A DNA stretch of 64,000 nt from an uncultured virus (IMG/VR IMGVR_UViG_3300043399_001317) (IMGVR_UViG_3300043399_001317), one strand, 5' to 3'; numbered from the stretch's first letter, positions 50,629-58,491 are shown. A program made the numbers and translations. Notes: generated from the letters alone by a model not told the origin.

Positions 50629-50703
50629 ATAATCCGGCCAGAATCGAACTAGCTGCCTCCCCAATGTCTGGAATAGGGCGCTCTACCAATGAGCTACGGA
50701 TTA
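50629..50703 (-). tRNA. Atypical tRNA with 10-nt anticodon loop (identity undetermined)
   Basis: Acceptor TAATCCG/CGGATTA, D arm GCTC/GAGC, stem CCCTA/TGGGG around TTCCAGACAT, T arm GCTAG-TTCGATT-CTGGC. Confidence 0.75.
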
Positions 50704-50705
50704 AG

Positions 50706-50779
50706 TAGAGTAAGCAGGACTCGAACCTGCAACCACCAGAACCCAAATCTGGTACGCTAGCCAATTGCGCCATTACTCT
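50706..50779 (-). tRNA. tRNA-Pro(TGG)
   Basis: Canonical cloverleaf; CCAGA-TT TGG GT-TCTGG; GCAGG-TTCGAGT-CCTGC. Confidence 0.93.
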
Positions 50780-50793
50780 ATATTTCAAAAAAA

Positions 50794-50909
50794 GTGGGGG
50801 AGACCTAAACTCGATGAACTCATATGCGTACATACAAGCGCGAAAGCGGAAATGGACGTAATTGCAGCGGATAACGCAAACGCTGGGCGTCCTGAAGGTC
50901 AGCCCCCAC
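50794..50909 (-). ncRNA. Y-shaped ncRNA, family copy 1
   Basis: Closing GTGGGGG(CT)GACCT/AGGTC(T)CCCCCAC then T7; arm GGACG/CGTCC; arm with TACG tetraloop; own promoter. Confidence 0.7.
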
Positions 50910-50919
50910 AGCTTCTTTT

Positions 50920-50960
50920 CACTCAACAAAGATAAGAACTTTTTCAAATCTTGTCAAGTG
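50920..50960 (-). promoter_or_regulatory. Strong host-type promoter, repeated nearly identically across the RNA island
   Basis: Minus strand CTTGACAAGATTTGAAAAAGTTCTTATCTTTGTTG; copies near 51390, 51700, 51900 and variants near 52040, 52665. Confidence 0.85.
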
Positions 50961-50979
50961 TTTTTGAATATTTTTTTTG

Positions 50980-51108
50980 CGGTTGGGGCAGGATTCGAAC
51001 CTGCATCCATGTATCTGTAGCCCCAGAAGCTGACCCAGTTTTCCTCCATTATAGAGCAGCCTTTTTTCGGAGTTGGACCGGGGTGTCAACCAATTCCACC
51101 ACCCAACC
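50980..51108 (-). ncRNA. tRNA-like RNA with a 51-nt domain in place of the anticodon loop
   Basis: Acceptor GGTTGGG/CCCAACC, Leu-type D arm GTGGAATTGGTTGACAC, T arm GCAGG-TTCGAAT-CCTGC, long variable region; insert 51027-51077. Confidence 0.8.
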
Positions 51109-51122
51109 AATTTATTTTTTTT

Positions 51123-51272
51123 GACTCATGGCAGGACTCGAACCTGCATTTAACTGCGCAATTAAACCACATAGTCGCATTATATCATTATATGCTACTG
51201 GTCTTAGGTTCGACCGGGAGAGCTTATCCTACCTTCCCCTATGTGTGCGGCTACCCATTTCGCCACATGACC
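51123..51272 (-). ncRNA. tRNA-like RNA with a 64-nt three-hairpin domain in place of the anticodon loop
   Basis: Acceptor GGTCATG/CATGAGT (one mismatch), D arm GCG..CGC, stem CACATAG/CTATGTG, variable arm TTTAATT/AGTTAAA, T arm GCAGG-TTCGAGT-CCTGC. Confidence 0.8.
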
Positions 51273-51287
51273 CAAATTCGCAAAAAA

Positions 51288-51373
51288 GTGTGGGGGCTGG
51301 CCTTCAGCGAGTTGGTTCTATCCGTGGTCAACCGGACCCCCCATAGACAGCAAAAGCATACATCGCAGCCGTC
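51288..51373 (-). ncRNA. Candidate two-domain ncRNA
   Basis: Hairpin GACGGC/GCTGTC then a domain closed by TGGGGG/CCCCCA and a T tract; directly after a promoter. Confidence 0.5.
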
Positions 51374-51446
51374 TTTTCTTTCACCCAACAAAGATAAGAA
51401 CTTTTTCAAATCTTGTCAAGTGTTTTTGAATGTTTTTTTTAAAAAA

Positions 51447-51571
51447 GTGGGGGCGACCTTTGAATCGCGGAAGTCGGGCGCATATAAGCGCGAATGCGGA
51501 GATGGACGTTTTCGCTCAGTCGCCCCAAAAGGGGATACAAACTGGTGCATGTCCTGAAGGTCAGCCCCCAC
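51447..51571 (-). ncRNA. Y-shaped ncRNA, family copy 2
   Basis: Shares GAAGCTGTGGGGGCTGACCTTCAGGAC and ACGTCCATYTCCGCWTTCGCGCTTRTATG with copy 1. Confidence 0.7.
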
Positions 51572-51580
51572 AGCTTCTTT

Positions 51581-51682
51581 GTTGTCGGCGAGGAGTGGAC
51601 TTTTACCACAGCTAAGAGAGTTTTCTTTCTCTTTCGCAACCTCAAGTTAGGCTTGTGCATCTTGCACTACCCCGGCGACAAC
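51581..51682 (-). ncRNA. Candidate multi-branch ncRNA
   Basis: Closing GTTGTCG/CGACAAC; hairpins GTGCA/TGCAC, AGCCT/AGGTT, AGAGA/TCTCT; directly after a promoter. Confidence 0.6.
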
Positions 51683-51756
51683 TTTTCTTTTCACACAACA
51701 AAGATAAGAACTTTTTCAAATCTTGTCAAGTTTTTTCTTGTTTTTTTTTAAAAAAA

Positions 51757-51885
51757 GTGGGGGCGACCCTCTTTGCGGCGGAACCATCCGATTATATCGG
51801 TAGGCGGGGCCGTAAGACTATCTGCTGCGTTACGCTCTGGCCCCTTGAGACCAGCACAACAGGTTAAAGTAAAGTCAACCCCCAC
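51757..51885 (-). ncRNA. Y-shaped ncRNA, family copy 3 (divergent interior)
   Basis: Closing GTGGGGGTTGACTT/GGGTCGCCCCCAC; arms CTGTTG/CAGCAG (inner TGGTCT/GGGCCA) and CGGC/GCCG (inner CCGAT/ATCGG). Confidence 0.65.
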
Positions 51886-51956
51886 AGTTTCTTTTCACTC
51901 AACAAAGATAAGAACTTTTTCAAATCTTGTCAAGTGTTTTGTGATATTTTTTTTAG

Positions 51957-52028
51957 TACTCCCTACGGGATTCGAACCCGTGTTACCAGATAGAAAGTCC
52001 GGTGTCTTAACCACTTGACCAAAGGAGC
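51957..52028 (-). tRNA. tRNA-Glu(TTC)
   Basis: Cloverleaf GCTCCTT/AGGGAGT; CCGGA-CT TTC TA-TCTGG; ACGGG-TTCGAAT-CCCGT. Confidence 0.92.
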
Positions 52029-52133
52029 AATTTGATAGAACAAAGATAAGAGGTTTTTCTGATTTTGTCAAGTTTTTTTTGACTTTTTTTTGTGGGGGCA
52101 ACATTTTTTTTTGTTACCCCCACACCGGTCATA

Positions 52134-52583
52134 TTACTTGGACAATGCCTCCTCGAGTTTTTTGAACTCTTCGTCGGTCATATTCTTGTAAGCAGCCATT
52201 TGACGTTCTTGCTTGATTTGGGCAAGCAATTCCATCGTTTCCTTTTTTGCCCGGGCATTTTCGGCGCGTTGCGCAGCTTCTTTTTCTTCTTCCTCCCTTT
52301 TCGATATGATGTAGGATACCACATCCAACATGAGCTTCAGCCTTTGTTCTTCGCTGGTTGGGGTTTCCCTACGACGGCGAGGGATTTCAGAGATTTTCTT
52401 AGTGAGTTCATCCTCCAAATCGTAAAGGTTTGGGGCGGAAACACCTCGTTTGATTTCGGCGTCGGTGAGTTTGATTTTGGCCTTGAAAAGGTCTTCGGTT
52501 GACACGTTGCCCGCAAGGGGGAAACGCAAACCCAGCCGTAGTGCCTGTTCGATGAGCATTGCTCCATTTACATTGTTTTCCAT
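52134..52583 (-). CDS. Hypothetical phage protein (coiled-coil C-terminus)
   Basis: A.R..LRF...G..STEDLF; GC-richer codon usage. Confidence 0.75.
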   Translation of the reverse strand: MENNVNGAMLIEQALRLGLRFPLAGNVSTEDLFKAKIKLTDAEIKRGVSAPNLYDLEDELTKKISEIPRRRRETPTSEEQRLKLMLDVVSYIISKREEEEKEAAQRAENARAKKETMELLAQIKQERQMAAYKNMTDEEFKKLEEALSK

Positions 52584-52703
52584 GTTCTTTAGGTTTTTTT
52601 TGTGGGGGCTATCATTAGCGTTTTGACAGCCCCCGGTTAATGATTAATTGCCTTAAATTTACCTTACAAAGATAAGAACTTTTTTAAATCTTGTCAAGTC
52701 TTT

Positions 52704-54836
52704 TTAGAAATTTATTTTCATAAATCTCGTATGTGTTCCCACAACCTTGACAACCAAAGAGTTCCGCATGGTGGCGTTGAACCCAAGACCAGCCAAACAT
52801 TTCTCAGAAGGCTTTATTTTCCTTATGTCGGACAGAATTTGGAGGGGCTTACGGAACTGCAAAAGTTCCCCAACCAAAAATTGGTTATGGAAGCTAGCAA
52901 GCGGCGCGTCCGGTTTGCAATTATCCAACATAAAGAAATAATGTTTGGTATCAAATTTGTTTTCACCCCAGTAGTTAGGGGAAAGTGAAACCAATTTCAC
53001 GGTATGAAAATCATTCAAGCTCAATCCCCAGACTTCGCGAGAGGTTTTATCCTCTTTAATAAAGCCTTGCACTTTGACAAACTCCCCGTTCTCAAATTCG
53101 ACCGTTGCTACCGTAACAGTCCCGGTCAGTTTTCCCTCATACACATACGTGTATGTTTCCCCGTTCAGATACAGTTCGGCACGGAACCCGTTGTGGTTTC
53201 TATCGTTGTAGTTGTTTACTTCAAATTTATATATACCATCAACAAGTTTTTCAGTAGATTCCCAGTATATGTTTTCAACTCCAACGGTAGTAGGGCTTCT
53301 CATGTCAACATCCAATTGACCTCCCATGGAAGTTTTGTTATATCCACCCCGGCTTTTTAGGAAATCAGAGCCGTAGTAGATATGCGTACCGTTCGGTTCC
53401 TTTGCGTGTGCATCCAAGTCTACAATATCGCCCCCGTTTTCATTCCAGATGATAGAGAATCGGAAGGGCGCGTCGACAAAACCGCCAGCCTTTTTAACCT
53501 CTTGTTTGATGGTTGATACCCCGGTAAGGCCGTTGATATACGTCCAGCCAAAGTTATTGTTCCATTTGAAGATACCCTTTTCGGCGTCAGAGGTATGCAA
53601 GGCCACAAAGTTTTCGGCGTGATTATGTTTGACCAATGCCTCAATTTTGGTAGCTTTTGGCAATACGTTGGACATAAATTCTCCAATTCCAATTTCAACA
53701 ACACCGTCAATTTTGGCTTTTCCGTGTCTTGTGGGTTTTTGACTAGGAACGTTGGCAAATAGCCCGACATTTTTTACCTTTCCGTCAACATTTTTGTGAT
53801 ATACCTCAGAAATGTTGATATCGGAAAGCGATGCAAAACGACGGTTGAAAGCCTCTAGGTAGCCCTTTTCTTCAATGAATTTTTCGGTTTCTACCTTCAT
53901 TTTTTCAGTGAAAATGGGTGTTTTAGAACGCATGAAGTTCGCAGGGTCTACCTTAACATTATACGAATGTACTGCATCGTCCAAATCCATGCCTTGAGAA
54001 AGGCTAACCAGAAGATTCCCAATGGATTCGTTGCGCAACTTCGCATAAGGCAGCGATTCGGCCACTTTCCAACAGAAGTTGGTTTTTTGGCTTTCAGAGA
54101 GCTGACCATATTCAGTCTTCAATTTGGCAATTTTGGCCAACTTATATACTTGTTGTTCTGAGTTTTTAACCGAGTCCTGCTCAATCAGTTCGATAACCAA
54201 TTCAATGGTATCAACGTCAACCTCCTCCATTAGGCGTTGGAACACCTCAGCAGGGGCACGTTTTTCGGTCATTAAGAACTCGGGAGACTTGTTTGAAAAA
54301 GAAAGGTTTTCCCGGTTCAGCATCACATGGAAATGATTGAATTCGTATGTTTTCCCCGCTGTTACCATGCCATACACAGCAGCTTCTTCTGGTGTGTACA
54401 CCTTCAACGTTCGTTCGTGGCCAAGTTGGAACAAGTTATCCCCCCTTTTTATTTTGCTATAAGGCATAGCATTCAGTACGTCAAACGTCTCAACAAAGGC
54501 ATCGACAACTTTTGCACCCTTAAAAAGGTCTTTGACCGCGTTTACGGCGTTAGCATACGGTTCGGGTGCGTCAAAATCAAAGAGGTGAACAATTTTATTT
54601 TCCTCATCGATTGCTACAACGTTGCCGTACCGACGAATGAAGTTGCGGTCGTGGTTGCAGTTGTGGTACGTCGATTCCGGGTGTCGGAACACCGGGTTTT
54701 CTTCAGCAGTGAATCCGTTGATGTAGGCATCCCAGATTTGGTCGCCCGTTACATCAACTCGGTAAAGTTTGCCAACTCGCTGCATATGCGAGAATTGGAT
54801 TTTTACCATTGAATTGAAATTTAGAAATGTTATCAT
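52704..54836 (-). CDS. Large hypothetical phage protein with DUF2135/YfaP-like domain
   Basis: HNCNHD near the N-terminus; W.....VDLDAH..EP.G.HIYY, GGQLDVDM, VENIYW. Confidence 0.7.
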   Translation of the reverse strand: MITFLNFNSMVKIQFSHMQRVGKLYRVDVTGDQIWDAYINGFTAEENPVFRHPESTYHNCNHDRNFIRRYGNVVAIDEENKIVHLFDFDAPEPYANAVNAVKDLFKGAKVVDAFVETFDVLNAMPYSKIKRGDNLFQLGHERTLKVYTPEEAAVYGMVTAGKTYEFNHFHVMLNRENLSFSNKSPEFLMTEKRAPAEVFQRLMEEVDVDTIELVIELIEQDSVKNSEQQVYKLAKIAKLKTEYGQLSESQKTNFCWKVAESLPYAKLRNESIGNLLVSLSQGMDLDDAVHSYNVKVDPANFMRSKTPIFTEKMKVETEKFIEEKGYLEAFNRRFASLSDINISEVYHKNVDGKVKNVGLFANVPSQKPTRHGKAKIDGVVEIGIGEFMSNVLPKATKIEALVKHNHAENFVALHTSDAEKGIFKWNNNFGWTYINGLTGVSTIKQEVKKAGGFVDAPFRFSIIWNENGGDIVDLDAHAKEPNGTHIYYGSDFLKSRGGYNKTSMGGQLDVDMRSPTTVGVENIYWESTEKLVDGIYKFEVNNYNDRNHNGFRAELYLNGETYTYVYEGKLTGTVTVATVEFENGEFVKVQGFIKEDKTSREVWGLSLNDFHTVKLVSLSPNYWGENKFDTKHYFFMLDNCKPDAPLASFHNQFLVGELLQFRKPLQILSDIRKIKPSEKCLAGLGFNATMRNSLVVKVVGTHTRFMKINF

Positions 54837-54858
54837 TGTTTTGTGGTTTTTTTATTTT

Positions 54859-55023
54859 TTAAAAATCCAAATAGACGGGCGCGTATTTGGGTTTCCTGTT
54901 CTTTTTGCTAACATGGACCATTTTCGCCCTTTTGGGTCCATGTTCCCCAGTTGCCCGGGCTTTCGCTACAGGGTTTCCCCGGTGGCGAATTTCCTTTTTG
55001 TTTCTTTTTGCAGTTCGGCTCAT
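54859..55023 (-). CDS. Small basic protein (NPVAK motif)
   Basis: MSRTAKRNKK..RGNPVAKA...HVSKKNRKPKY after a promoter. Confidence 0.6.
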   Translation of the reverse strand: MSRTAKRNKKEIRHRGNPVAKARATGEHGPKRAKMVHVSKKNRKPKYAPVYLDF

Positions 55024-55093
55024 TGGTTTGTTTTTTTGATAATGCAAAGATAAGAACGTTTATTTTAAAATGCAAGTTTTTTTTGAATTATTT

Positions 55094-55699
55094 TTAAAAT
55101 TTGCAATTTGTGATAATCGCTTCGTTTAAATTCACACCAGACATGGTAGAATCTGTAAAATCGCAGCCATTCAGTTTGGCATCTTTGAAATCAACAGACA
55201 TCATTTTTGAACGTCTCATGTTGACATTATTGACCTCAGTTGAAGCGAAAGAACATTCGGTTAGTCTGGACGTTTCAAAATTGGTTTCAAGTAAAAAACA
55301 ATTATAAAAATTAACGTCCGAAAAATCACTAATTAGTGTTGTACATCTAAGGTTAGCCCCACTCATCCGTACATTTCTAAGGAATGATGAAAAAATCCCG
55401 GCCTCAGAAAGATTTGCACCTCTTAGGTCTACATTTTCCATTACATTACCCGGCATACGACATTTGAAAAGGTTGGCTTTCCTGAATTTGGTGTCTATTA
55501 AAAGCGCACCAGAAATTTCCGCCCCTATTAATATGGCGTGTTCCAGTACAACATTTTTGAATTCAACATAACTCAGGTCAGCCCCGTTGAGGTTTATATC
55601 GCTCAAATCCACATCGTTCAGGCAGACACCCTTTAGGCAAATACCCTGAAAATCCCGCTCCCCGGCAGCGTAGCGCTTCAATAATTCGGTTGTGGTCAT
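55094..55699 (-). CDS. Pentapeptide-repeat protein
   Basis: MTTTELLKRYAAGERDF + repeats. Confidence 0.95.
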   Translation of the reverse strand: MTTTELLKRYAAGERDFQGICLKGVCLNDVDLSDINLNGADLSYVEFKNVVLEHAILIGAEISGALLIDTKFRKANLFKCRMPGNVMENVDLRGANLSEAGIFSSFLRNVRMSGANLRCTTLISDFSDVNFYNCFLLETNFETSRLTECSFASTEVNNVNMRRSKMMSVDFKDAKLNGCDFTDSTMSGVNLNEAIITNCKF

Positions 55700-55774
55700 A
55701 TTTATTTTTTTGATAATGCAAAGATACTGGGGTTTAGTTTAAAATGCAAGTTTTTTCAACCCAAAATATTACCC

Positions 55775-55936
55775 TTATATGATTTCATCCTCCTTTTTGG
55801 GGAGAACCATTGGGTAATCTTTTTTTGCTTCTTTTTTTGCACCCACAGTTCTGATAGGGCGAAAACCCACTGGGGGCAGTTCCACCTTCCAAATGGAAGT
55901 GGAATCTAATAACGCAATAATCAAGATAAGTTTCAT
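55775..55936 (-). CDS. Small hypothetical protein (53 aa, below the track cut-off)
   Basis: MKLILIIALLDST... directly after a TATCTTTG promoter. Confidence 0.5.
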   Translation of the reverse strand: MKLILIIALLDSTSIWKVELPPVGFRPIRTVGAKKEAKKDYPMVLPKKEDEII

Positions 55937-55997
55937 TGTGTTTTTATTTTGTTAAGGCAAAGATAAGGTTTATTTTTGAATTATCCAAATCTTTAAC

Positions 55998-56042
55998 AAA
56001 AAAAATTCCCTCATACCTTATTCAGATGTGAGGGAATTTTTT
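55998..56042. terminator. Repeated terminator family (representative copy)
   Basis: CCCTCATACCTTATTCAGATGTGAGGG hairpin; near-identical at ~58915, 59650, 60468, 61448 and variants at ~43785, 44898, 47115, 50240. Confidence 0.85.
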
Positions 56043-56056
56043 GGTGGTGATGGTGA

Positions 56057-56740
56057 TTAATTCAATTTTTGTCCCGGAAAGACTGGTGTCAACCCGTTTG
56101 AACACAATATCGCCCCGGTAAGGTTTGCTTCAATAAAATCAGCCCCGGTCCATTTGGCCTCGCGCAAGTCAGCCCCGGTCAAGTCGGCTTTGGTTAAATT
56201 AGCATAGGTCAGGTCGGCACCGTACAAGTCAGCATCATTCATTTTTGCCTCATACAGTTTTGCTGCGCTCAGGTTGGTACCATTCAGATTTGCCTTCTCT
56301 ATGTTGGCGTTACTCAGGTTAGTCTTTGTCAAATCTGCCCTGCTCAGTTTAGCCGCTCTAAGATTTACCCTCTTTAGGTTGGCGTTACTCATGTTCGCCA
56401 CAGTCAGGTTTGCCACGGTCAGGTTTGAACAAGTCATGTTAGCCTCGCTCAAGTCGGCTCCTGTAAGGTCGGCCCCGGTCAGGTTTGAACAAGTCATGTT
56501 AGCACAACGAAGGTCAGCCAAAATAAGGGTGGCTCCAATCAAGTCTGCGCCAATCAGGTCTGCCCTTATCAAGGTAGTTTTAAAAAGGTCTGCCCCTCTC
56601 ATGTAAGCCCCGGTCAAGTTTGCCTCGCTTAGGTCAGCGCCGCTTAGGTTTGCCCCTCCAAGGTCAACTCCGATAAGGTTAACCCCCCGAAAATCCCGCT
56701 GCCCGGAAGCGTAGCGAGTCAATAGTTCTTCTGCTGTCAT
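56057..56740 (-). CDS. Pentapeptide-repeat protein
   Basis: MTAEELLTRYASGQRDF + repeats. Confidence 0.95.
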   Translation of the reverse strand: MTAEELLTRYASGQRDFRGVNLIGVDLGGANLSGADLSEANLTGAYMRGADLFKTTLIRADLIGADLIGATLILADLRCANMTCSNLTGADLTGADLSEANMTCSNLTVANLTVANMSNANLKRVNLRAAKLSRADLTKTNLSNANIEKANLNGTNLSAAKLYEAKMNDADLYGADLTYANLTKADLTGADLREAKWTGADFIEANLTGAILCSNGLTPVFPGQKLN

Positions 56741-56810
56741 TTGTTTTTATTTTATTGATACAAAGATAAGAGTTATTTTTCAAAAAAACAAAAAAAGGGG
56801 GAAACTTTTT

Positions 56811-57014
56811 TTACCCAAAACCCGGACGCCAAAAACCGTGATACCACATTTCTATAAAGCCCTCATATTCCGAAGGCTCTAAAGAATGGCAATACTTTAA
56901 AGACCATTCATTGCCAGATAAACCTTTATTAAGGTTTATGCATTTTTGCATGGCCTTAATTTCGTCGCCCGGAATTTCCAAAGTTTTTCCGGTTTTGTCT
57001 ACAATAGTTGTCAT
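56811..57014 (-). CDS. Hypothetical protein
   Basis: Start MTTIV after a promoter. Confidence 0.6.
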   Translation of the reverse strand: MTTIVDKTGKTLEIPGDEIKAMQKCINLNKGLSGNEWSLKYCHSLEPSEYEGFIEMWYHGFWRPGFG

Positions 57015-57118
57015 AATTTTATTTTTGACAAAGATAAAAACTAATTTCCAAATAAACAAAAAATGGGGCAACTTTTTTGTCGCCCCATTAAAAAAAATTG
57101 CTAATCAAAAGTATGTTT

Positions 57119-57463
57119 TCATTCTGGGTTATGGTCGGATTGAATTTCTGTTTTCGACCCAATAGAAGCAGATATTTCGCAATCCCTGATAAAACCAGTG
57201 GTCGGCATAACATACATATTGAGGGAATATGGTTTTTTGGAAAAAAAATCAGCATAAAGGATTAAATCTTCTACCTTTAAAGGCCAAGTAAGCCAAAGTG
57301 CTTTCCTTCGATTATCCTCCACAAATGAAATCCCTCTCAAAACATTATCCACCAGATAATATTCCCAACCCTGTTGGTTGAAACGAAGTTCTTGCGCCCG
57401 GCCTTCATGGGCAGCAATTTCGAGCATAGTTTGGAGTTGCTCAATAGTTGTTTTGTGTACCAT
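57119..57463 (-). CDS. Hypothetical protein
   Basis: 114-aa ORF after a promoter. Confidence 0.65.
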   Translation of the reverse strand: MVHKTTIEQLQTMLEIAAHEGRAQELRFNQQGWEYYLVDNVLRGISFVEDNRRKALWLTWPLKVEDLILYADFFSKKPYSLNMYVMPTTGFIRDCEISASIGSKTEIQSDHNPE

Positions 57464-57514
57464 ATTCTATATTTTTGACAAAGATAGGTAATAATTTTGA
57501 AAGTGGCAACTTTT

Positions 57515-57727
57515 TTAATCAAATTTATACCCAATCTGCCTTAATTCTTTTTCCAGTTCGGCATACTCATCTGGGGTAGCCTTTTCACATTCGGCAACAT
57601 AACCGATATGCGCCATTGAATGTTGGCCAACATGCGCATAGGATTGAACGTAAAGGCCAAGTGCAGTATCAGGGAATACGGCGAAAACGTCCCCTTCTTT
57701 GTCTTTGCGAAATTCAACTTTTACCAT
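57515..57727 (-). CDS. Hypothetical phage protein
   Basis: MVKVEFRK...VFAVFP...SYAHVGQHS. Confidence 0.7.
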   Translation of the reverse strand: MVKVEFRKDKEGDVFAVFPDTALGLYVQSYAHVGQHSMAHIGYVAECEKATPDEYAELEKELRQIGYKFD

Positions 57728-57747
57728 CGTTTTATGTTTTTTGTGGT

Positions 57748-57987
57748 TTAAATCCAACTATTTTTTCTGGCCTTTTTGTCAGCATTTTTTTGGTTAATAG
57801 CCCAAACGCTATTTTCCCCATAAAAATACTGTTTTAGACCATTAGCTTTTTTGATAGCTATTTCGGCATTTTGCAACCTCTCTTCCTTCTCTTTTTCAGT
57901 TTCAAAAGGCTCTGTATAGTGATTTCCACCACCATACATTAGCATTGCTCCCATGGTCGCCAAATGAAACTTAACATCGTCTTTCAT
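57748..57987 (-). CDS. Hypothetical protein
   Basis: Start MKDDV after a promoter. Confidence 0.65.
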   Translation of the reverse strand: MKDDVKFHLATMGAMLMYGGGNHYTEPFETEKEKEERLQNAEIAIKKANGLKQYFYGENSVWAINQKNADKKARKNSWI

Positions 57988-58034
57988 AATGCTTTTTTTA
58001 TTAACACAAAGATACAAACTAATTTCCAAATAAA

Positions 58035-58066
58035 CAAAAAAAGGGGCAACTTTTTTTGTCGCCCCT
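58035..58066 (-). terminator. Second repeated terminator family, fused to the next promoter (representative copy)
   Basis: GGGGCGAC-A7-GTTGCCCC-T tract on the minus strand; related copies at ~42967, 47565, 52094, 57064, 62981, 63455. Confidence 0.8.
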
Positions 58067-58077
58067 TCTTTTTTTAC

Positions 58078-58491
58078 TTACTTGAGTTTGAACTCCCCGA
58101 CCTCGAAAAGTTCCCTTTTAACCTCATCAGAGGCCAAAAGAAGGCTTTTAATGGGAAACTCAATGATTCGGTGGCTGTCGTTCGGGATATTGTCGGTAGA
58201 AATAGGTTTCCCAACCGTATCAATGAAATCTTGGGCGAAAACAAAGTCATCCAAGGATACATGCCATGTATCCAGACGGAAGGTCATTGTTTGGTCGGTA
58301 TTAAAGGGCATGGCATTTACCAAATCCTTTAAGATTTCACGGGGCATTTCAAGTCCAATTTCCCATTGCTCAAGATTGGACTTCAAGCCAATATCTTCAC
58401 CTTTAAGGTGTTTCCCATTAGCTTCAAGCCAATCTTGGGTAGCATCGCCCAGCCATTCCCAAAGAACCAAAAGTTTGATTTTGTTGTTCAT
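58078..58491 (-). CDS. Hypothetical protein
   Basis: Start MNNKI after a promoter. Confidence 0.65.
   Translation of the reverse strand: MNNKIKLLVLWEWLGDATQDWLEANGKHLKGEDIGLKSNLEQWEIGLEMPREILKDLVNAMPFNTDQTMTFRLDTWHVSLDDFVFAQDFIDTVGKPISTDNIPNDSHRIIEFPIKSLLLASDEVKRELFEVGEFKLK

Noticed and set aside
50794..51885. 5S rRNA or Y RNA call for the Y-shaped RNAs
   Set aside because: Only size and topology are similar; no CCGAAC loop or loop E motif, and no Ro60 gene in the window
50564..52104. Short ORFs listed across the RNA island
   Set aside because: They overlap tRNAs, promoters and stems and lack the A-rich start context of real genes here
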